64,000 nucleotides of DNA from Marine group II euryarchaeote REDSEA-S11_B3N4 (GTDB lineage: Archaea; Thermoplasmatota; Poseidoniia; Poseidoniales; Thalassarchaeaceae). A program made the translations under genes and the position numbers. The notes below the pieces were generated by a model. That model was not told where the DNA came from and made no database searches. It was given only the letters and a program-made list of their open reading frames with translations. How positions within the stretch are numbered: the stretch's first letter is position 1; each line of letters begins with the position of its first letter. Positions 45,790 through 57,089 of the stretch are shown here, piece after piece. Location of the stretch: assembly GCA_001628485.1 (NCBI GenBank), contig LURR01000004.1, positions 4,499 through 68,498 of the forward strand, written 5' to 3'.

Positions 45790-47445
45790 TTGACCGAAAT
45801 CGACCTAGAACCCGATGATTGTATTGAAAACGGGGTCTTCAGTGGCCATTGCACCATGGTAGACTCAGATTACGATTTGGCTATTGATGATACTGATAGA
45901 ATACATGGAAGAACCGCGCTTGTAAACAACGTCAGGGCGGCTTCATCTCTAGCCGGGGCGATTCGCTCTACGCTAGGACCCAAGGGCCTCGATAAGATGC
46001 TTGTAGACGCTGACGGAACCGCATTGGTGACCAACGACGGGGTAACTGTTCTGGAGACCGCCAATGTCGAGCATCCCACGGCTAGGATGTTGATCGATGC
46101 CTCTTCATCGCAGGATCGTTCTGCGAGGGACGGAACCACCACCACGGTCCTATTGATTTCGGAGATGCTCCAGAATGCCCTGGAATTGGTGAGGATGGGC
46201 GTACATCCATCAATAATTGTCAATGGATACTCCTTGGCGCTGGATGAGGCTATTTCTGAGATTTCAAGGGTTTCTAAGACCTCCAATCAGAGTCAGAAAT
46301 TCCAAGTTATTCGAACTTCACTACAAGGCAAAGGAGATTCGTCGTTATGCGACATCTTGTCTGATTTAGCAATCGAGGCTGCAGACTCGCTAATCGATTT
46401 AGGGGATGGAGACGATATTGAGAGGATGTTTGTGAAACGTCTCCAGATTAAGGAAGGCGGAGTTATGGATAGCTCATTAGAAAGAGGCTTGATGTTGCTA
46501 AAGTCCAGAGTCGATATATCCACTGAGGCAAATTCTGACGGAGGCCGTATAGCAATTATCGATGGCGGCCTGGATAAGCAGAAATTAGAGATTAGCGCGT
46601 CTATCGAGATTAGTAGTCCGGGGACTCTCCAGGATTTCCACAGAAGATCAAGGCAGAACTTGCGAAAGCAAGTGGATCACCTCGAGGCAATGGGAGTTGA
46701 TTTGCTGGTAGTAAGGGAGGGGATTGATGACGAGGCAGTTTCCATGCTCACGGATTCTGGAATTACTGCATACAGGAGGTTCGAGAGGGAGGACATGGAC
46801 TTGCTTTCCCGGATTACCGGTGCAACCCCAATCAGAAAGGCTGAGGTTTTGAGCGCAGACGATATCGGGAGCTACTCGAAGAGGTCAGAAGAGGTCGTCT
46901 CCGAAGTCAAGCACACACTCATTGAGGGCTTAGGAGGAGGCATGACTCTGGTCATTAGGGGGTCGACTCCGGAGATTAGGGATGAGGCGATTAGGATTTT
47001 CGATGATGCAATTGGAGTTGCCCACCGACTCAACAGCAAGCCAGGAGTACTTCCCGGTGGAGGGGCTATTCAAGCACACCTAGCTGGTCATCTTAGAGCG
47101 TTCTCGCAGACCCAGTCCGGGAGGGAACAGCTTGCCATAGAGGCATATGCCTCTGCTCTGGAGTCTATTCCTAGGATTCTCGCTGAGAATGCGGGGAGGG
47201 ATCCCGTGGAAGTCATCCTCTCCTTGTCGGCTGACCAGAAGGATAGCGGGGCGTGGGTTGGCTTTGACTTGCAAAGTGGAAAAAACTGCGATATGGAAGA
47301 GTTGGGTATTCTGGACACAGAATTCGTGGTTAGTAACGCCTTGTCGGCGGCCACGGAGGCTGCAATCGGCGTTCTAAGGATCGACGATGTCCTCTGGGCC
47401 AGGACGGACCCAAGTACACCAGATTGGGAGAGTTCAGAGGACTAG
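45790..47445 (+). CDS. ths: thermosome subunit (group II chaperonin, Cpn60/TCP-1 family)
   Basis: 551 aa. LGPKGLDKMLVD, ATP-binding GDGTTT-type block (RDGTTTTV), VPGGGA C-terminal block. Confidence 0.9.
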   Translation: MTEIDLEPDDCIENGVFSGHCTMVDSDYDLAIDDTDRIHGRTALVNNVRAASSLAGAIRSTLGPKGLDKMLVDADGTALVTNDGVTVLETANVEHPTARMLIDASSSQDRSARDGTTTTVLLISEMLQNALELVRMGVHPSIIVNGYSLALDEAISEISRVSKTSNQSQKFQVIRTSLQGKGDSSLCDILSDLAIEAADSLIDLGDGDDIERMFVKRLQIKEGGVMDSSLERGLMLLKSRVDISTEANSDGGRIAIIDGGLDKQKLEISASIEISSPGTLQDFHRRSRQNLRKQVDHLEAMGVDLLVVREGIDDEAVSMLTDSGITAYRRFEREDMDLLSRITGATPIRKAEVLSADDIGSYSKRSEEVVSEVKHTLIEGLGGGMTLVIRGSTPEIRDEAIRIFDDAIGVAHRLNSKPGVLPGGGAIQAHLAGHLRAFSQTQSGREQLAIEAYASALESIPRILAENAGRDPVEVILSLSADQKDSGAWVGFDLQSGKNCDMEELGILDTEFVVSNALSAATEAAIGVLRIDDVLWARTDPSTPDWESSED

Positions 47446-48398
47446 CTCCCGGAAATTCCTCTGAGCATCTCATCGACCATCGACTCTAGGTCGAAGCGAG
47501 GGCTCCACCCCCACTCTCTCTCTGCCACCGTCCCGTCTATTGAGTCGGGCCATGAGTCAGCATACTCCTGTCTTACATCGGGAACGAAGTCGCAGGTGAA
47601 CCCTTCAACCCGATCTGAAATCGCATTTGCTAGTTCCTCCGCCGAGAATGAGAGGCAGGGGATGTTGTAGCCTGCCCTCGAATCGCCCAGAAGATCGTCT
47701 TCTGCATCCATGAGTGTGAGCGTGGCTTCGATTGCATCATCCATGTATAGCATTGGGAGACGGGTATCTGCTCTGACGAAGCATTCGTAATGCCCAGAAT
47801 CGAGAGCTGCATGGAATATCTCTACTGCATAGTCGGTAGTGCCACCTCCGGCAGGGGCATTGTAGGAAATGAGTCCTGGATACCTAATCCCCCTAGTGTC
47901 GACTCCGTGACTTCGTCTGTATTCCCTGGCTAGAGCCTCTCCGCTAACCTTAGTCTCACCATAGACAGTAGTGGGATTGAGAGGTGCATCCTGAGGAGGA
48001 TTCTTCGGGGCGTCAGGACCGAAAACAGCAATGGACGAGGGTGCATACACCCTCAGAAAGCACTCCCTGGCTGCCTCGAGAACCGAAATAGTTCCTCCGA
48101 CGTTTATCCTCCTGCATTTATCCGGATTCCTTTCGCCAGTCGCAGAAAGAAGTGCAGCAAGATGGTACACTGTTCCTATTCCCTCTCGCTTGCAAATTGC
48201 CGAAATAGCATCTGTGTCCATTACATCAAGAGGGACATAGGGTCCTTCTTCAATCGATGAGTGCCCATCTGATTCCCTGATATCCGATGCGATTACCGAG
48301 TCTATTCCATGTTCCCTCCTAAGGGCTTGGACAAGGTCAGTACCTATTTGCCCCAGGGCCCCGGTAACAAGGATCCTGTCCCCGTGTACGCCCGACAT
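47442..48398 (-). CDS. NAD-dependent epimerase/dehydratase family protein (GalE-like, possibly L-threonine 3-dehydrogenase type)
   Basis: 318 aa. [12 protein letters not shown] Rossmann motif, YxxxK-type catalytic region (YGETKVSGE). Confidence 0.7.
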   Translation of the reverse strand: MSGVHGDRILVTGALGQIGTDLVQALRREHGIDSVIASDIRESDGHSSIEEGPYVPLDVMDTDAISAICKREGIGTVYHLAALLSATGERNPDKCRRINVGGTISVLEAARECFLRVYAPSSIAVFGPDAPKNPPQDAPLNPTTVYGETKVSGEALAREYRRSHGVDTRGIRYPGLISYNAPAGGGTTDYAVEIFHAALDSGHYECFVRADTRLPMLYMDDAIEATLTLMDAEDDLLGDSRAGYNIPCLSFSAEELANAISDRVEGFTCDFVPDVRQEYADSWPDSIDGTVAEREWGWSPRFDLESMVDEMLRGISGS

Positions 48399-48505
48399 GT
48401 GTAGCCGTAATTCTGACGATACTTGAAATTAAAGAAGGAGGAAACAGGAACTTATGTGCCAATGTTGATAGGGGATGGGCGAGTGATTCAGACCCCGTTG
48501 ATGAG

Positions 48506-50167
48506 ATGAAGTATGTCGTTGTGACGGGTGGAGTGCTCTCCGGATTGGGCAAAGGAGTGACTGCTAGTAGCATAGGAGTCCTGCTCAAAAGCGCCGGACT
48601 GAGGGTAACCGCAGTAAAAATAGATCCCTACCTCAATGAGGATGCTGGTACAATGAGTCCCTTCGAGCACGGAGAGGTATTCGTGCTAGACGATGGAGGT
48701 GAAGTAGATCTAGACCTCGGCAACTACGAGAGATTCCTGGATGTGTGCCTAACCAGGGATAACAACATCACAACAGGGAAGGTGTACAACAAGGTGATTC
48801 AGAAGGAGAGGCGCGGGGATTACCTAGGAAAGACGGTTCAGGTTATCCCACATATCACCAATGAAATACAGGATTGGATAGAGAGAGTGGCCCATACACC
48901 GAGCGATGGAAACGGGAAGGAGCCCGATGCTTGCGTGATCGAGCTAGGTGGAACAGTCGGCGACATTGAAAGCGCCCCCTTTGTCGAGGCTCTGCGACAG
49001 TTCCAATTCAGAGTAGGGCAGGAGAATGTTTGCTTCGTTCACGTGAGCCTGATCCCCGTTATGGGCCCAGTAGGGGAACAGAAGACGAAGCCTACTCAAC
49101 ACACGGTGAAGGAACTGAGAGGGCTTGGTATCAATCCACATATGCTGGTTTGCAGGTCCAAGAGCCCGCTAATCGACGAAACCCGCAACAAGATCTCTGC
49201 ATTCTGCCACGTCCCCCCGGAAGCGGTCGTCTCTGCACATGATGTTTCCAACATCTACCAGGTTCCAATAATGCTCGAGTCGCAGGGGGTAACAAGTATG
49301 CTAGCAGACAGATTTGGTTTCGAAATACCTGCCAAGAGGAAAGTGCTCGATGATTGGAAGGAGCTGGCAGATCACGTTGACACTTTGGATGATGCTGAGG
49401 AGGTGCACATCGCAGTGGCAGGCAAGTACACGGATCTGGCTGACTCTTATCTGAGTGTCATTAAGGCCCTCCAGCATGCCTCTTTCAAGGTCAATAGGAA
49501 GCTTGTGATCGACTGGATCGAGTCGTCTGCACTGGATGGGGAAACCGAGAAGTCAGATTCCGAAGCTCACAATTCCGCATGGGAATTGCTCAGATCCGCT
49601 GATGGAATCTTGGTTCCCGGTGGATTCGGCATCAGGGGGATTGAGGGGAAAATCAAGGCAGCTGAATATGCGAGAGAGAACAAAATCCCATACCTCGGTG
49701 TCTGTCTGGGACTCCAGGTCGCTACGATCGAATTCTGCCGCAATGTGCTCGGGATGGAGGGAGCCAACTCTACTGAGTTTGATGAGGAGCCAGCCCATGC
49801 AGCTGTTGTATTCATGCCTGAGATTTCCAAGACCCATATGGGGGGGACTATGAGATTGGGGACGAAGCCTACCCCGTTCCTTGTGGATGATTGCAAAATT
49901 AGGAGGTTGTATGGAGGGGAAGGATACGTCGATGAGAGGCACAGGCACAGATACGAGGTAAATCCTGAGCTGATAGAAGATATAGAGGAGGCGGGCCTAG
50001 TCTATGTAGGAAAGGACGAGACGGGGGAGCGTTGTGAGATAATGGAGCTTGAGGGGCACCCATACTACGTTGGCACCCAGTACCACCCAGAGTTCAAGTC
50101 CAGGCCAGATCGTCCCAGTCCACCTTTCCTAGGTCTTCTGATGGCCGCATCTGGAATGGAAATCTAA
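48506..50167 (+). CDS. pyrG: CTP synthase
   Basis: 553 aa. N-terminal synthetase domain ([15 protein letters not shown]) and C-terminal class I glutamine amidotransferase (GVCLGLQ, catalytic Cys). Confidence 0.95.
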   Translation: MKYVVVTGGVLSGLGKGVTASSIGVLLKSAGLRVTAVKIDPYLNEDAGTMSPFEHGEVFVLDDGGEVDLDLGNYERFLDVCLTRDNNITTGKVYNKVIQKERRGDYLGKTVQVIPHITNEIQDWIERVAHTPSDGNGKEPDACVIELGGTVGDIESAPFVEALRQFQFRVGQENVCFVHVSLIPVMGPVGEQKTKPTQHTVKELRGLGINPHMLVCRSKSPLIDETRNKISAFCHVPPEAVVSAHDVSNIYQVPIMLESQGVTSMLADRFGFEIPAKRKVLDDWKELADHVDTLDDAEEVHIAVAGKYTDLADSYLSVIKALQHASFKVNRKLVIDWIESSALDGETEKSDSEAHNSAWELLRSADGILVPGGFGIRGIEGKIKAAEYARENKIPYLGVCLGLQVATIEFCRNVLGMEGANSTEFDEEPAHAAVVFMPEISKTHMGGTMRLGTKPTPFLVDDCKIRRLYGGEGYVDERHRHRYEVNPELIEDIEEAGLVYVGKDETGERCEIMELEGHPYYVGTQYHPEFKSRPDRPSPPFLGLLMAASGMEI

Positions 50168-51318
50168 TCCACAGAGACAGGTAGAATTCGGGTTGTCCTG
50201 TATCCCTGAAGCACCTTCATGTATCTCATTGAGGCGAACCGCTCATCCAGCCCCTCATCTCCTGTCTCAATCCTAAGTTTCCTCACCGTCAGTAGCTTAG
50301 CTGGAGTTAGAACGCCAAGAATATTGTCGATTCCAATTGATTCCAGCACAGCCGGCGATAGTTGCAGGTTCCCTCTACCGATTAGGAAACCCTGACCTCC
50401 CATAGGGGACAACAGGAGAGTTGTCGGGCCATCATGAGAACGCAAGATGGATAGTATCCCTGACTCATCTAGGTCGGTACCCACTTGCTCACTGCCCATG
50501 GTAGCGTCAATGCCCAGAGTCGTCAATTCGAATCCGTTGTTCTCGCCAATCGCCCTCAAGGTCCCCCCCGATCCCCAGATGATTAACTGGTCCTCGCTGA
50601 CTAGTGATTCCCGTATGTGCTCTGAAAGGCCTACGACAATGTCATCCTCCGACTCTGTCTGCACAAGTTCCTTCGATCCTTGCATCCACCTGGGGGAGTT
50701 AGGGGAGAAGGCCTCTGCATAGAGCCGAACTACCCATTTGCCCTCCCTGTACAAATCCTCGTCCAGATCCAGTACTTCGGTACTAGAAACCAACAAATCT
50801 CCATTAATCCACGAGGACAATACTTCTGCAGCACCCTTCGGGGAGCTAGCGAAGCATCCTGAGTGCATCTTAACCCCGGATGGGACGCCTATCACGGGTG
50901 TTTCCGAGGACTCAAGCTTGGAAAGCGAAGCCACAATGTCTCGGGTGGTCCCGTCCCCACCGGAGTAGACGAGCAAATCTATTTCCGAACCTACCATTGC
51001 TGCGACCGCATCCTCCGTATCCGATGCTGACGTGGTTCCTTTGGACTGGTGAGCTTCAACTATCACGGCTCCTTCCATCTGACTCGGGATCCAGTCAGTT
51101 CCCATCCTCCCTCTGCTAGTTACCCATTCCAAGTCAACCTGTCCTCCCCGGTGGATTTTCGAAAAATACTCCAGCATCGACTTCAATCTGGGCCCCGACC
51201 TATCCTCTGCTCCTCTTGACCTTGCCAATTCTGCCTGTCCGTCTGAACCCTTCAGACCTAGCCTCCCGCCGAGTCCGGCGTCTGGGTTTGCAAGCAGCCC
51301 AATGCGCACCATGTGCAT
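50164..51318 (-). CDS. ATP-NAD kinase-like protein (COG3199-type predicted polyphosphate/ATP-dependent NAD kinase)
   Basis: 384 aa. GGDGT motif ([13 protein letters not shown]), NAD-kinase/DAGK-like fold blocks. Confidence 0.6.
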   Translation of the reverse strand: MHMVRIGLLANPDAGLGGRLGLKGSDGQAELARSRGAEDRSGPRLKSMLEYFSKIHRGGQVDLEWVTSRGRMGTDWIPSQMEGAVIVEAHQSKGTTSASDTEDAVAAMVGSEIDLLVYSGGDGTTRDIVASLSKLESSETPVIGVPSGVKMHSGCFASSPKGAAEVLSSWINGDLLVSSTEVLDLDEDLYREGKWVVRLYAEAFSPNSPRWMQGSKELVQTESEDDIVVGLSEHIRESLVSEDQLIIWGSGGTLRAIGENNGFELTTLGIDATMGSEQVGTDLDESGILSILRSHDGPTTLLLSPMGGQGFLIGRGNLQLSPAVLESIGIDNILGVLTPAKLLTVRKLRIETGDEGLDERFASMRYMKVLQGYRTTRILPVSVD

Positions 51319-51363
51319 CCCAGAGGGGAGGTGTTCTTATCGGTTCACGCTTGGGGAATTATC

Positions 51364-52272
51364 GTGAGACTAGTAGTAGCGCTGGGTGGAAACGCTCTCC
51401 TGAAGAGGGGCGAGGAGCAAACGTCCGAGAATCAGAGGAGGAACGTCAGGGAGGCGTGCAAGGAGCTGGCACCACTAGCGAAGGAGCACCAACTGGTTAT
51501 CACCCACGGGAATGGCCCACAAGTAGGACTCCTCGCCCTACAATCCGCATCGTACAAGGAAGCGGAGGAATACCCCCTGGATGTTCTGGGCGCTCAGACG
51601 GAGGGGATGCTGGGCTACGCGATACAACAGGAGCTGGGTAACCTCCTTCCGACTGAGAGTTCTTTGGCTACTATACTAACGATGGTGGAGGTCGATCCAG
51701 ATGATCCCGCCTTCGAAAATCCAACCAAGCCAATTGGCCCGATTTACAGCGAGCATGAGGCTAGGAGAATCTCCGAAGAGAAGGGATGGTCTATTTCGAA
51801 GGATGGAAGCAACTGGAGGAGGGTTGTACCCTCTCCTGAACCACACAGGATCTTCGAGTTGCGGCCGATTCACTGGCTCCTGGAGAAGGGGGTGATTGTG
51901 ATTTGCGCTGGTGGAGGGGGAATACCAACGGCGTACAATTCTGAAGGGTCACTGGAGGGTGTTGAAGTGGTGATTGACAAGGACAAGGCCAGCGCCTTAC
52001 TCGCAAGACAGTTGGGGGCAAGGCTGCTTATTCTGGCTACAGACGCAGATGGAGTATACCGAGACTGGGGTACTGGAAACCAGGAATTGATACAGGCCAC
52101 CACGCCTGAAGAGATATCGAAGATGGATTTTGAGCCTGGGTCAATGGGGCCGAAAGTGGAGGCCGCCTGCGACTTCGTGATGAGGACTGGCGAGCGCGCG
52201 GTAATCGGCGCATTGACGGACATCGCCGAGATGGTGGAGGGGAGGGCGGGCACCCAATTCACCATTGAATGA
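51364..52272 (+). CDS. arcC: carbamate kinase
   Basis: [43 protein letters not shown] are highly conserved carbamate-kinase blocks. Start set at GTG 51364, because the track ATG 51313 overlaps the divergent neighbour. Confidence 0.85.
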   Translation: MRLVVALGGNALLKRGEEQTSENQRRNVREACKELAPLAKEHQLVITHGNGPQVGLLALQSASYKEAEEYPLDVLGAQTEGMLGYAIQQELGNLLPTESSLATILTMVEVDPDDPAFENPTKPIGPIYSEHEARRISEEKGWSISKDGSNWRRVVPSPEPHRIFELRPIHWLLEKGVIVICAGGGGIPTAYNSEGSLEGVEVVIDKDKASALLARQLGARLLILATDADGVYRDWGTGNQELIQATTPEEISKMDFEPGSMGPKVEAACDFVMRTGERAVIGALTDIAEMVEGRAGTQFTIE

Positions 52273-52344
52273 GCGTTGTAGCATCAATTAAAGGCCAAGC
52301 CATTCATATCAGCGGGCCGTCGGCGTAGCCGACGAGGGATACCA

Positions 52345-54291
52345 GTGGGCATGATTTCCGTTGACATCGGGGAGGGCGAGTCTCACGAGTACGCAAGTGG
52401 AATCAGCGCTGGAGAGGTAATCAAAAACGTCCATGGGAGGAAGTCAGGAGCAGTGGCCGCATTCGTAGACGGGGAGGAGAGGGACATGTCCTTCGCACTC
52501 AATGAGAATTGCAAGGTAGAACCGATATTGGGCGATTCCGAGGAGGGGCTGTACATCCTAAGACACAGTTGCGCACACCTTCTTGCTCAAGCCGTGACTC
52601 AGCTTTATCCGGATGCCAAACCCACAATCGGACCGCCGATAGAACACGGGTTCTACTATGACTTCGCGATGGATCCAATCGGAGACGAGGAGCTCCGCCA
52701 AATAGAGAAGAGGATGAAAGAACTGGTGAAGCAGAACATCCCGATCGAGAGGGAAGAGCTCGACAACGAGTCACTCAGGGACACATTCTCCTCGAACCCC
52801 TTCAAATTGGAGATAATGGATGATAAAATCGGCCATGATGTAGGTTCGTCGGCTTACCGCCAGGGAGACTTCATCGACCTCTGCAAAGGGCCCCATGTCT
52901 CACTGACCTCCCAATTGAGGTGGTTCAAGCTAACCAGCACCAGCCAGGCATACTGGAGGGCGGACAAGGACAGGGAGTCGCTGGTCAGGATTTACGGTAT
53001 GTGCTACCCTTCCAAGGAGGCTCTGAAGGAACGCGAGAGGCAGATACAAGAGGCTGCAAGGAGAGACCACAAGAAGATAGGGAAGGAGATGGGGCTCTAC
53101 ATGATTAACGAGCTGATAGGTAAGGGCCTCCCTGTTTGGCTACCGTACGGGGAGGTACTGAAGTCGGAGATAGAGAGCTTCGCGATAGAGACAGAGGAGG
53201 CGTATGGGTACGACAGAGTGACCACCCCGGTTCTTGGGAAGAAGGAGCTTTTCGAGACATCCGGCCATCTGCCTCACTACGCAGAGGGCATGTACCCGCC
53301 AATGAAGATGGATGATGGCGATTACTACCTCAAAGCGATGAATTGTCCGATGCACCACCTAGTTTTCACGAATAGCAAAAGGTCCTACAGAGACCTCCCC
53401 ATTAGAATCGCAGAGTACGGTACTGTGTACAGGAACGAGCTGTCCGGAACGCTAGCAGGGCTTCTGAGGGTCAGGATGCTGTCGATGAACGACGCCCATG
53501 TCTATTGCACCTTAGACCAAGTGGCAAGTGAGGTTCGAAGCAATGTCAGGATGGCACAGGAATACTACGAAACCTTCGGCTTCGATGACTACGACTTCCG
53601 CTTGTCCCTGTGGGACCCGGACAACAAGGACAAGTACATCGATCAGCCGGAGAACTGGGAGGCCACCCAGAACCATCTGAGAGAGATCATGGATGGCTTA
53701 GGGGTCGAATACACCGAGGCAGTCGGCGAGGCCGCATTCTACGGGCCCAAGATAGACATACAATTCAGGACAGCTTTGGGAAGGGAGGAGTCGATGTCCA
53801 CCATACAACTAGACTTTGCTGCCAAGGAGAGGTTCGGACTGTCGTACATGGACGAGACTGGAAATGAGAACGGGGAGGTCTTCGTAATCCACAGGGCCCC
53901 GCTATCCACTCATGAGAGATTCGTGGCCTTCCTTCTGGAGCAGTGGGCTGGAAATCTACCTACCTGGCTTTCCCCGGTGCAAGCCCAGGTAATCACCATC
54001 TCGGAAAAGCACAAGGAGTATGCAGAGCACGTAAGGGAGACTCTGAAGATCGCAGGAGTCAGAGTGAAAGTGGATGATTCGGACAACACAATTGGGAAGA
54101 AGATCAGGATGCACAGGAAGAGTCGCCCTGCTTACATGCTAATTCTCGGTGATGAAGAGATGAAGGATGGGTCTGTCTCAATCAGAAGCAGGGACGGCAA
54201 TCAGAAGAATGGCGTTCCCCTCGAGCAGTTCGTTTCGGATATCTTCGCAGAGATTTCCAACCGAACCAAGGACCTATCCCTAGTGGAGTGA
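52345..54291 (+). CDS. thrS: threonyl-tRNA synthetase (bacterial-type with TGS and N2 editing domains)
   Basis: 648 aa. N-terminal TGS-like domain. Editing-domain HSCAHLL motif, GPPIEHGFYYDF, class II aaRS motifs, C-terminal anticodon-binding domain. Confidence 0.95.
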   Translation: MGMISVDIGEGESHEYASGISAGEVIKNVHGRKSGAVAAFVDGEERDMSFALNENCKVEPILGDSEEGLYILRHSCAHLLAQAVTQLYPDAKPTIGPPIEHGFYYDFAMDPIGDEELRQIEKRMKELVKQNIPIEREELDNESLRDTFSSNPFKLEIMDDKIGHDVGSSAYRQGDFIDLCKGPHVSLTSQLRWFKLTSTSQAYWRADKDRESLVRIYGMCYPSKEALKERERQIQEAARRDHKKIGKEMGLYMINELIGKGLPVWLPYGEVLKSEIESFAIETEEAYGYDRVTTPVLGKKELFETSGHLPHYAEGMYPPMKMDDGDYYLKAMNCPMHHLVFTNSKRSYRDLPIRIAEYGTVYRNELSGTLAGLLRVRMLSMNDAHVYCTLDQVASEVRSNVRMAQEYYETFGFDDYDFRLSLWDPDNKDKYIDQPENWEATQNHLREIMDGLGVEYTEAVGEAAFYGPKIDIQFRTALGREESMSTIQLDFAAKERFGLSYMDETGNENGEVFVIHRAPLSTHERFVAFLLEQWAGNLPTWLSPVQAQVITISEKHKEYAEHVRETLKIAGVRVKVDDSDNTIGKKIRMHRKSRPAYMLILGDEEMKDGSVSIRSRDGNQKNGVPLEQFVSDIFAEISNRTKDLSLVE

Positions 54292-54327
54292 AGTATCAAG
54301 ACCGAAGCCCGTCTAGGCTCAACAATA

Positions 54328-55344
54328 ATGGCTACTGAGGGTGGGACCAAGGATGATACATCGGAGGCGATGCTGTCCACCGCCAGGTCAGTTATTCGGA
54401 CATGCCTCCAAGTAAGGAGGGAGGAGGATGTCCTAGTCATCACAGACCCAGAGACAGCAGAAGTAGGACAATCACTCTACGAAGAAGCTGCTCGGGTAAC
54501 GGACAGGATACTTCTTGTGATGATGCCTCCAACACAAAGGCCTGGCAAGGAACCCCCCTTACCTGTAGCAGACATCATGAGGAAGAACAGGGTGATAATC
54601 ATAGCAACGAAGGACTCGCTCACGCACACAAGAGCCAGGCAACAGGCTACTAAGGAGGGAGCAAGGATAGTATCAATGCCAGGCATAGGGAGAACCTCAT
54701 TCGAAACGGGAGGCATGACCGCGGACTATAACGCACTCCAGAGAGAGATCAGCGGGATGGGTTCTGTTTTCAGGAGGAAGAGGAGGGTTCGCGTCAGTTC
54801 CCCATCTGGCACTGAAATAGAGTTCCTGACAGGCGGGAGATGGGTGCTTGAGGACAATGGAATATGCAACAGACCGGGGCAAATCGCGAATTTACCCGCT
54901 GGCAAGGTTTTCGTCTTTCCCAAGGAGGGGAGCATGAACGGGACTATCGTAATCGACGGGTCCTGGGAGGGCATTCTGCTAGAGGAGCCCCTGTCGCTGA
55001 ACATTGAGAAAGGAATGGTCGTAAACATCTCCGGTGGCCAAATCGCCAATGAGATTGAGGAGTCTTTCGAAATGGCGAAGGCAGGGATAAGGAGTTCCAA
55101 GAAGGACCTGATTTGGACGGTCGCGGAGTTCGGTTTTGGAATGAATCCCAAGGCCAGTGAGCTCGTCGGGAATCGGGTCGAGGACCTAGTCCTACGTGGA
55201 GGCGCGTACTTCGGCTTTGGGGACAACACCCATCTGGGGGGTTCCGCCCGGGTGGGGATACACCAGAGAGGAACCATAAGGACCCCGGAGGTTTTGCTCG
55301 AGGAGACTACGATAATTTCCGAGGGCAAGGTCTCAGTACGGTAG
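54328..55344 (+). CDS. aminopeptidase-like protein (M29/AmpS-like, COG2309-like)
   Basis: 338 aa. Resembles the thermophilic metalloprotease/aminopeptidase family by overall block pattern (LVITDPETAEVG, VAEFGFGMNP, GFGDNTHLGG). Assignment is from memory, not a search. Confidence 0.45.
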   Translation: MATEGGTKDDTSEAMLSTARSVIRTCLQVRREEDVLVITDPETAEVGQSLYEEAARVTDRILLVMMPPTQRPGKEPPLPVADIMRKNRVIIIATKDSLTHTRARQQATKEGARIVSMPGIGRTSFETGGMTADYNALQREISGMGSVFRRKRRVRVSSPSGTEIEFLTGGRWVLEDNGICNRPGQIANLPAGKVFVFPKEGSMNGTIVIDGSWEGILLEEPLSLNIEKGMVVNISGGQIANEIEESFEMAKAGIRSSKKDLIWTVAEFGFGMNPKASELVGNRVEDLVLRGGAYFGFGDNTHLGGSARVGIHQRGTIRTPEVLLEETTIISEGKVSVR

Positions 55345-55352
55345 GTTAGCAA

Positions 55353-55958
55353 ATGCGGGGAGTGCTCTGGTGCAATGGATCGATACCGACCGAGTCAGTA
55401 GTCGATTGGGTGCTCACGACTGGAGCGCCTGTATTCGGAGTCGATGGCGGGGCCGATAAGGCAAATGATCTGGGGATTGAGGTCGTCGAGGTTCTTGGGG
55501 ATATGGATTCTCTCGACGAATCTGCTTGGAAGGGCAGGACTCTGCCACTCAATGAGCAGACTTTCAGTGACCTGGCTAAGTCGATCGAAGAACTGATCCA
55601 TAGGGGGTTCGATGAAGTTGAGATAGTAGGGGCTGATGGGGGGGACCCTAGTCACATTCTGGGTAATTGGGCGGCTATGAACGATGCTCCCTCAGGAGCC
55701 AGGATCAGGATACATCACGAAGAGCAAGTCTCTACCAGGCTCCACCCCGCTGATGGGGAGTTCTCCGCTGAGTTCGAGGAAGGGGAGCTGTTCTCTATTT
55801 TCGCCATTGGGTCAGGAAAGGTCTGGATATCAGGGGCCAAATGGGAATTACATGGGGAAAATCTAGGCTTATCATCGAGAGGGCTGCACAATGAAGGCAC
55901 CGGGGATGTCGTGAATATCAGAGGGGAAGGGGTCTTGATATTGGTATCCAAGCGATGA
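55353..55958 (+). CDS. thiamine pyrophosphokinase-like protein
   Basis: 201 aa. VLWCNG, FGVDGGA and GDMDSL (GDxDS) motifs typical of TPK catalytic domain, followed by a β-rich C-terminal domain. Confidence 0.6.
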   Translation: MRGVLWCNGSIPTESVVDWVLTTGAPVFGVDGGADKANDLGIEVVEVLGDMDSLDESAWKGRTLPLNEQTFSDLAKSIEELIHRGFDEVEIVGADGGDPSHILGNWAAMNDAPSGARIRIHHEEQVSTRLHPADGEFSAEFEEGELFSIFAIGSGKVWISGAKWELHGENLGLSSRGLHNEGTGDVVNIRGEGVLILVSKR

Positions 55959-55961
55959 GAG

Positions 55962-57047
55962 CTACTCTTCCTCGTGAACTTTCATTGCTAGCATGAGCGC
56001 AATTGGTCGGGTTCTCTCGTCCTCCTCAAGTGCGATTCTAGCGATTATCATGATTGGCACTCCCACAATAGCCCCACTAATTCCCCAGACTGATGCAGAG
56101 ACCATGACTGTCAGAATGAGAACGAGTGGTGAGATTCCCAACTTTTGCCCAAAAAAGTTGGGCTCGATTAGTTGCGCCCACATATTCTGATTCAGTACCA
56201 TCAGAATTCCAAGGAAAATGGCCTGGGTTGGGTCGAGAGCAATCAAGGCTATCATCATCGGAGGGATGGTGGCCAGAAGGGCCCCAATAATTGGCACCCA
56301 GTCAGCCATGAAAGCGATGAGAGCCCAGGCCAACCAACCTGGTATGTCGAACGACCAGAGTAAAAATCCGAGAATGAGGGCCTGTCCACTAGCTACAAGT
56401 GCTTTACTTATCACGTACGTAGAAATCGCCTCAGACGAGTTGGATACAATCGTACTGACTCTTTCGTAGGATTCTGGGAAGGCTGCCATGAACCTATTTG
56501 GGAGGCTCTTCTCCTCGAGAATCAGAAAGATAAGGAATACTGCTACTGTGATCATGGTGGTGACGAAAGTCGCAAAGTCAGCGAGAATGTTGGTAGCAAA
56601 ATCCTGTATGACCTTAGGATTTACCAAATTCTCAATTGTTTCCTGGCTGGTAATCACTTCTTCTAATCCATAGAGATTGGCTTCTCCCAAAGCATCCCAC
56701 TTCTCTCTGAATTTGTCAGTAAGCCCCCCTTGTTTGGTCATCTCTCCTTGAAATTGATCGATATTTCTGTACAGAAGAATCGAAATCCCATACGAAATCG
56801 CTGCGCCGATTCCTATCATGACGCCGTATGCCAGCATCGGCATCCTCGCAACTATCTCGAAGCGAGCGACTAGGTACTGCTCTGGGGCCCTAATCAGGAA
56901 ATAGAACAAAATTGCTATGCAAAAAGGCATTAAAATCGGCTTTAGGTATGTGAGTACCAGATATCCCACCAGGACGATGATTGCGAAGTTAGCAGTCGTT
57001 GCGCTATTCGATCTCCTCGGATAGTTAATGGTGTCTCCCATAGGCAA
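55962..57047 (-). CDS. AI-2E family transporter (UPF0118/PerM-like membrane protein)
   Basis: 361 aa. About 8 TM helices, characteristic LKPILMPFCIAILFYFL N-terminal helix and conserved Pro/Gly-rich C-terminal TM blocks. Confidence 0.8.
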   Translation of the reverse strand: MPMGDTINYPRRSNSATTANFAIIVLVGYLVLTYLKPILMPFCIAILFYFLIRAPEQYLVARFEIVARMPMLAYGVMIGIGAAISYGISILLYRNIDQFQGEMTKQGGLTDKFREKWDALGEANLYGLEEVITSQETIENLVNPKVIQDFATNILADFATFVTTMITVAVFLIFLILEEKSLPNRFMAAFPESYERVSTIVSNSSEAISTYVISKALVASGQALILGFLLWSFDIPGWLAWALIAFMADWVPIIGALLATIPPMMIALIALDPTQAIFLGILMVLNQNMWAQLIEPNFFGQKLGISPLVLILTVMVSASVWGISGAIVGVPIMIIARIALEEDERTRPIALMLAMKVHEEE

Positions 57048-57089
57048 GCGGAAGGCGGATTAGCAATCAAGAGTTTCCCCGGATTCTAC

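Noticed and set aside
54726-55352. 208-aa minus-strand ORF
   Set aside because: Antisense to the aminopeptidase-like gene. Pro/Ser-rich low-complexity translation.
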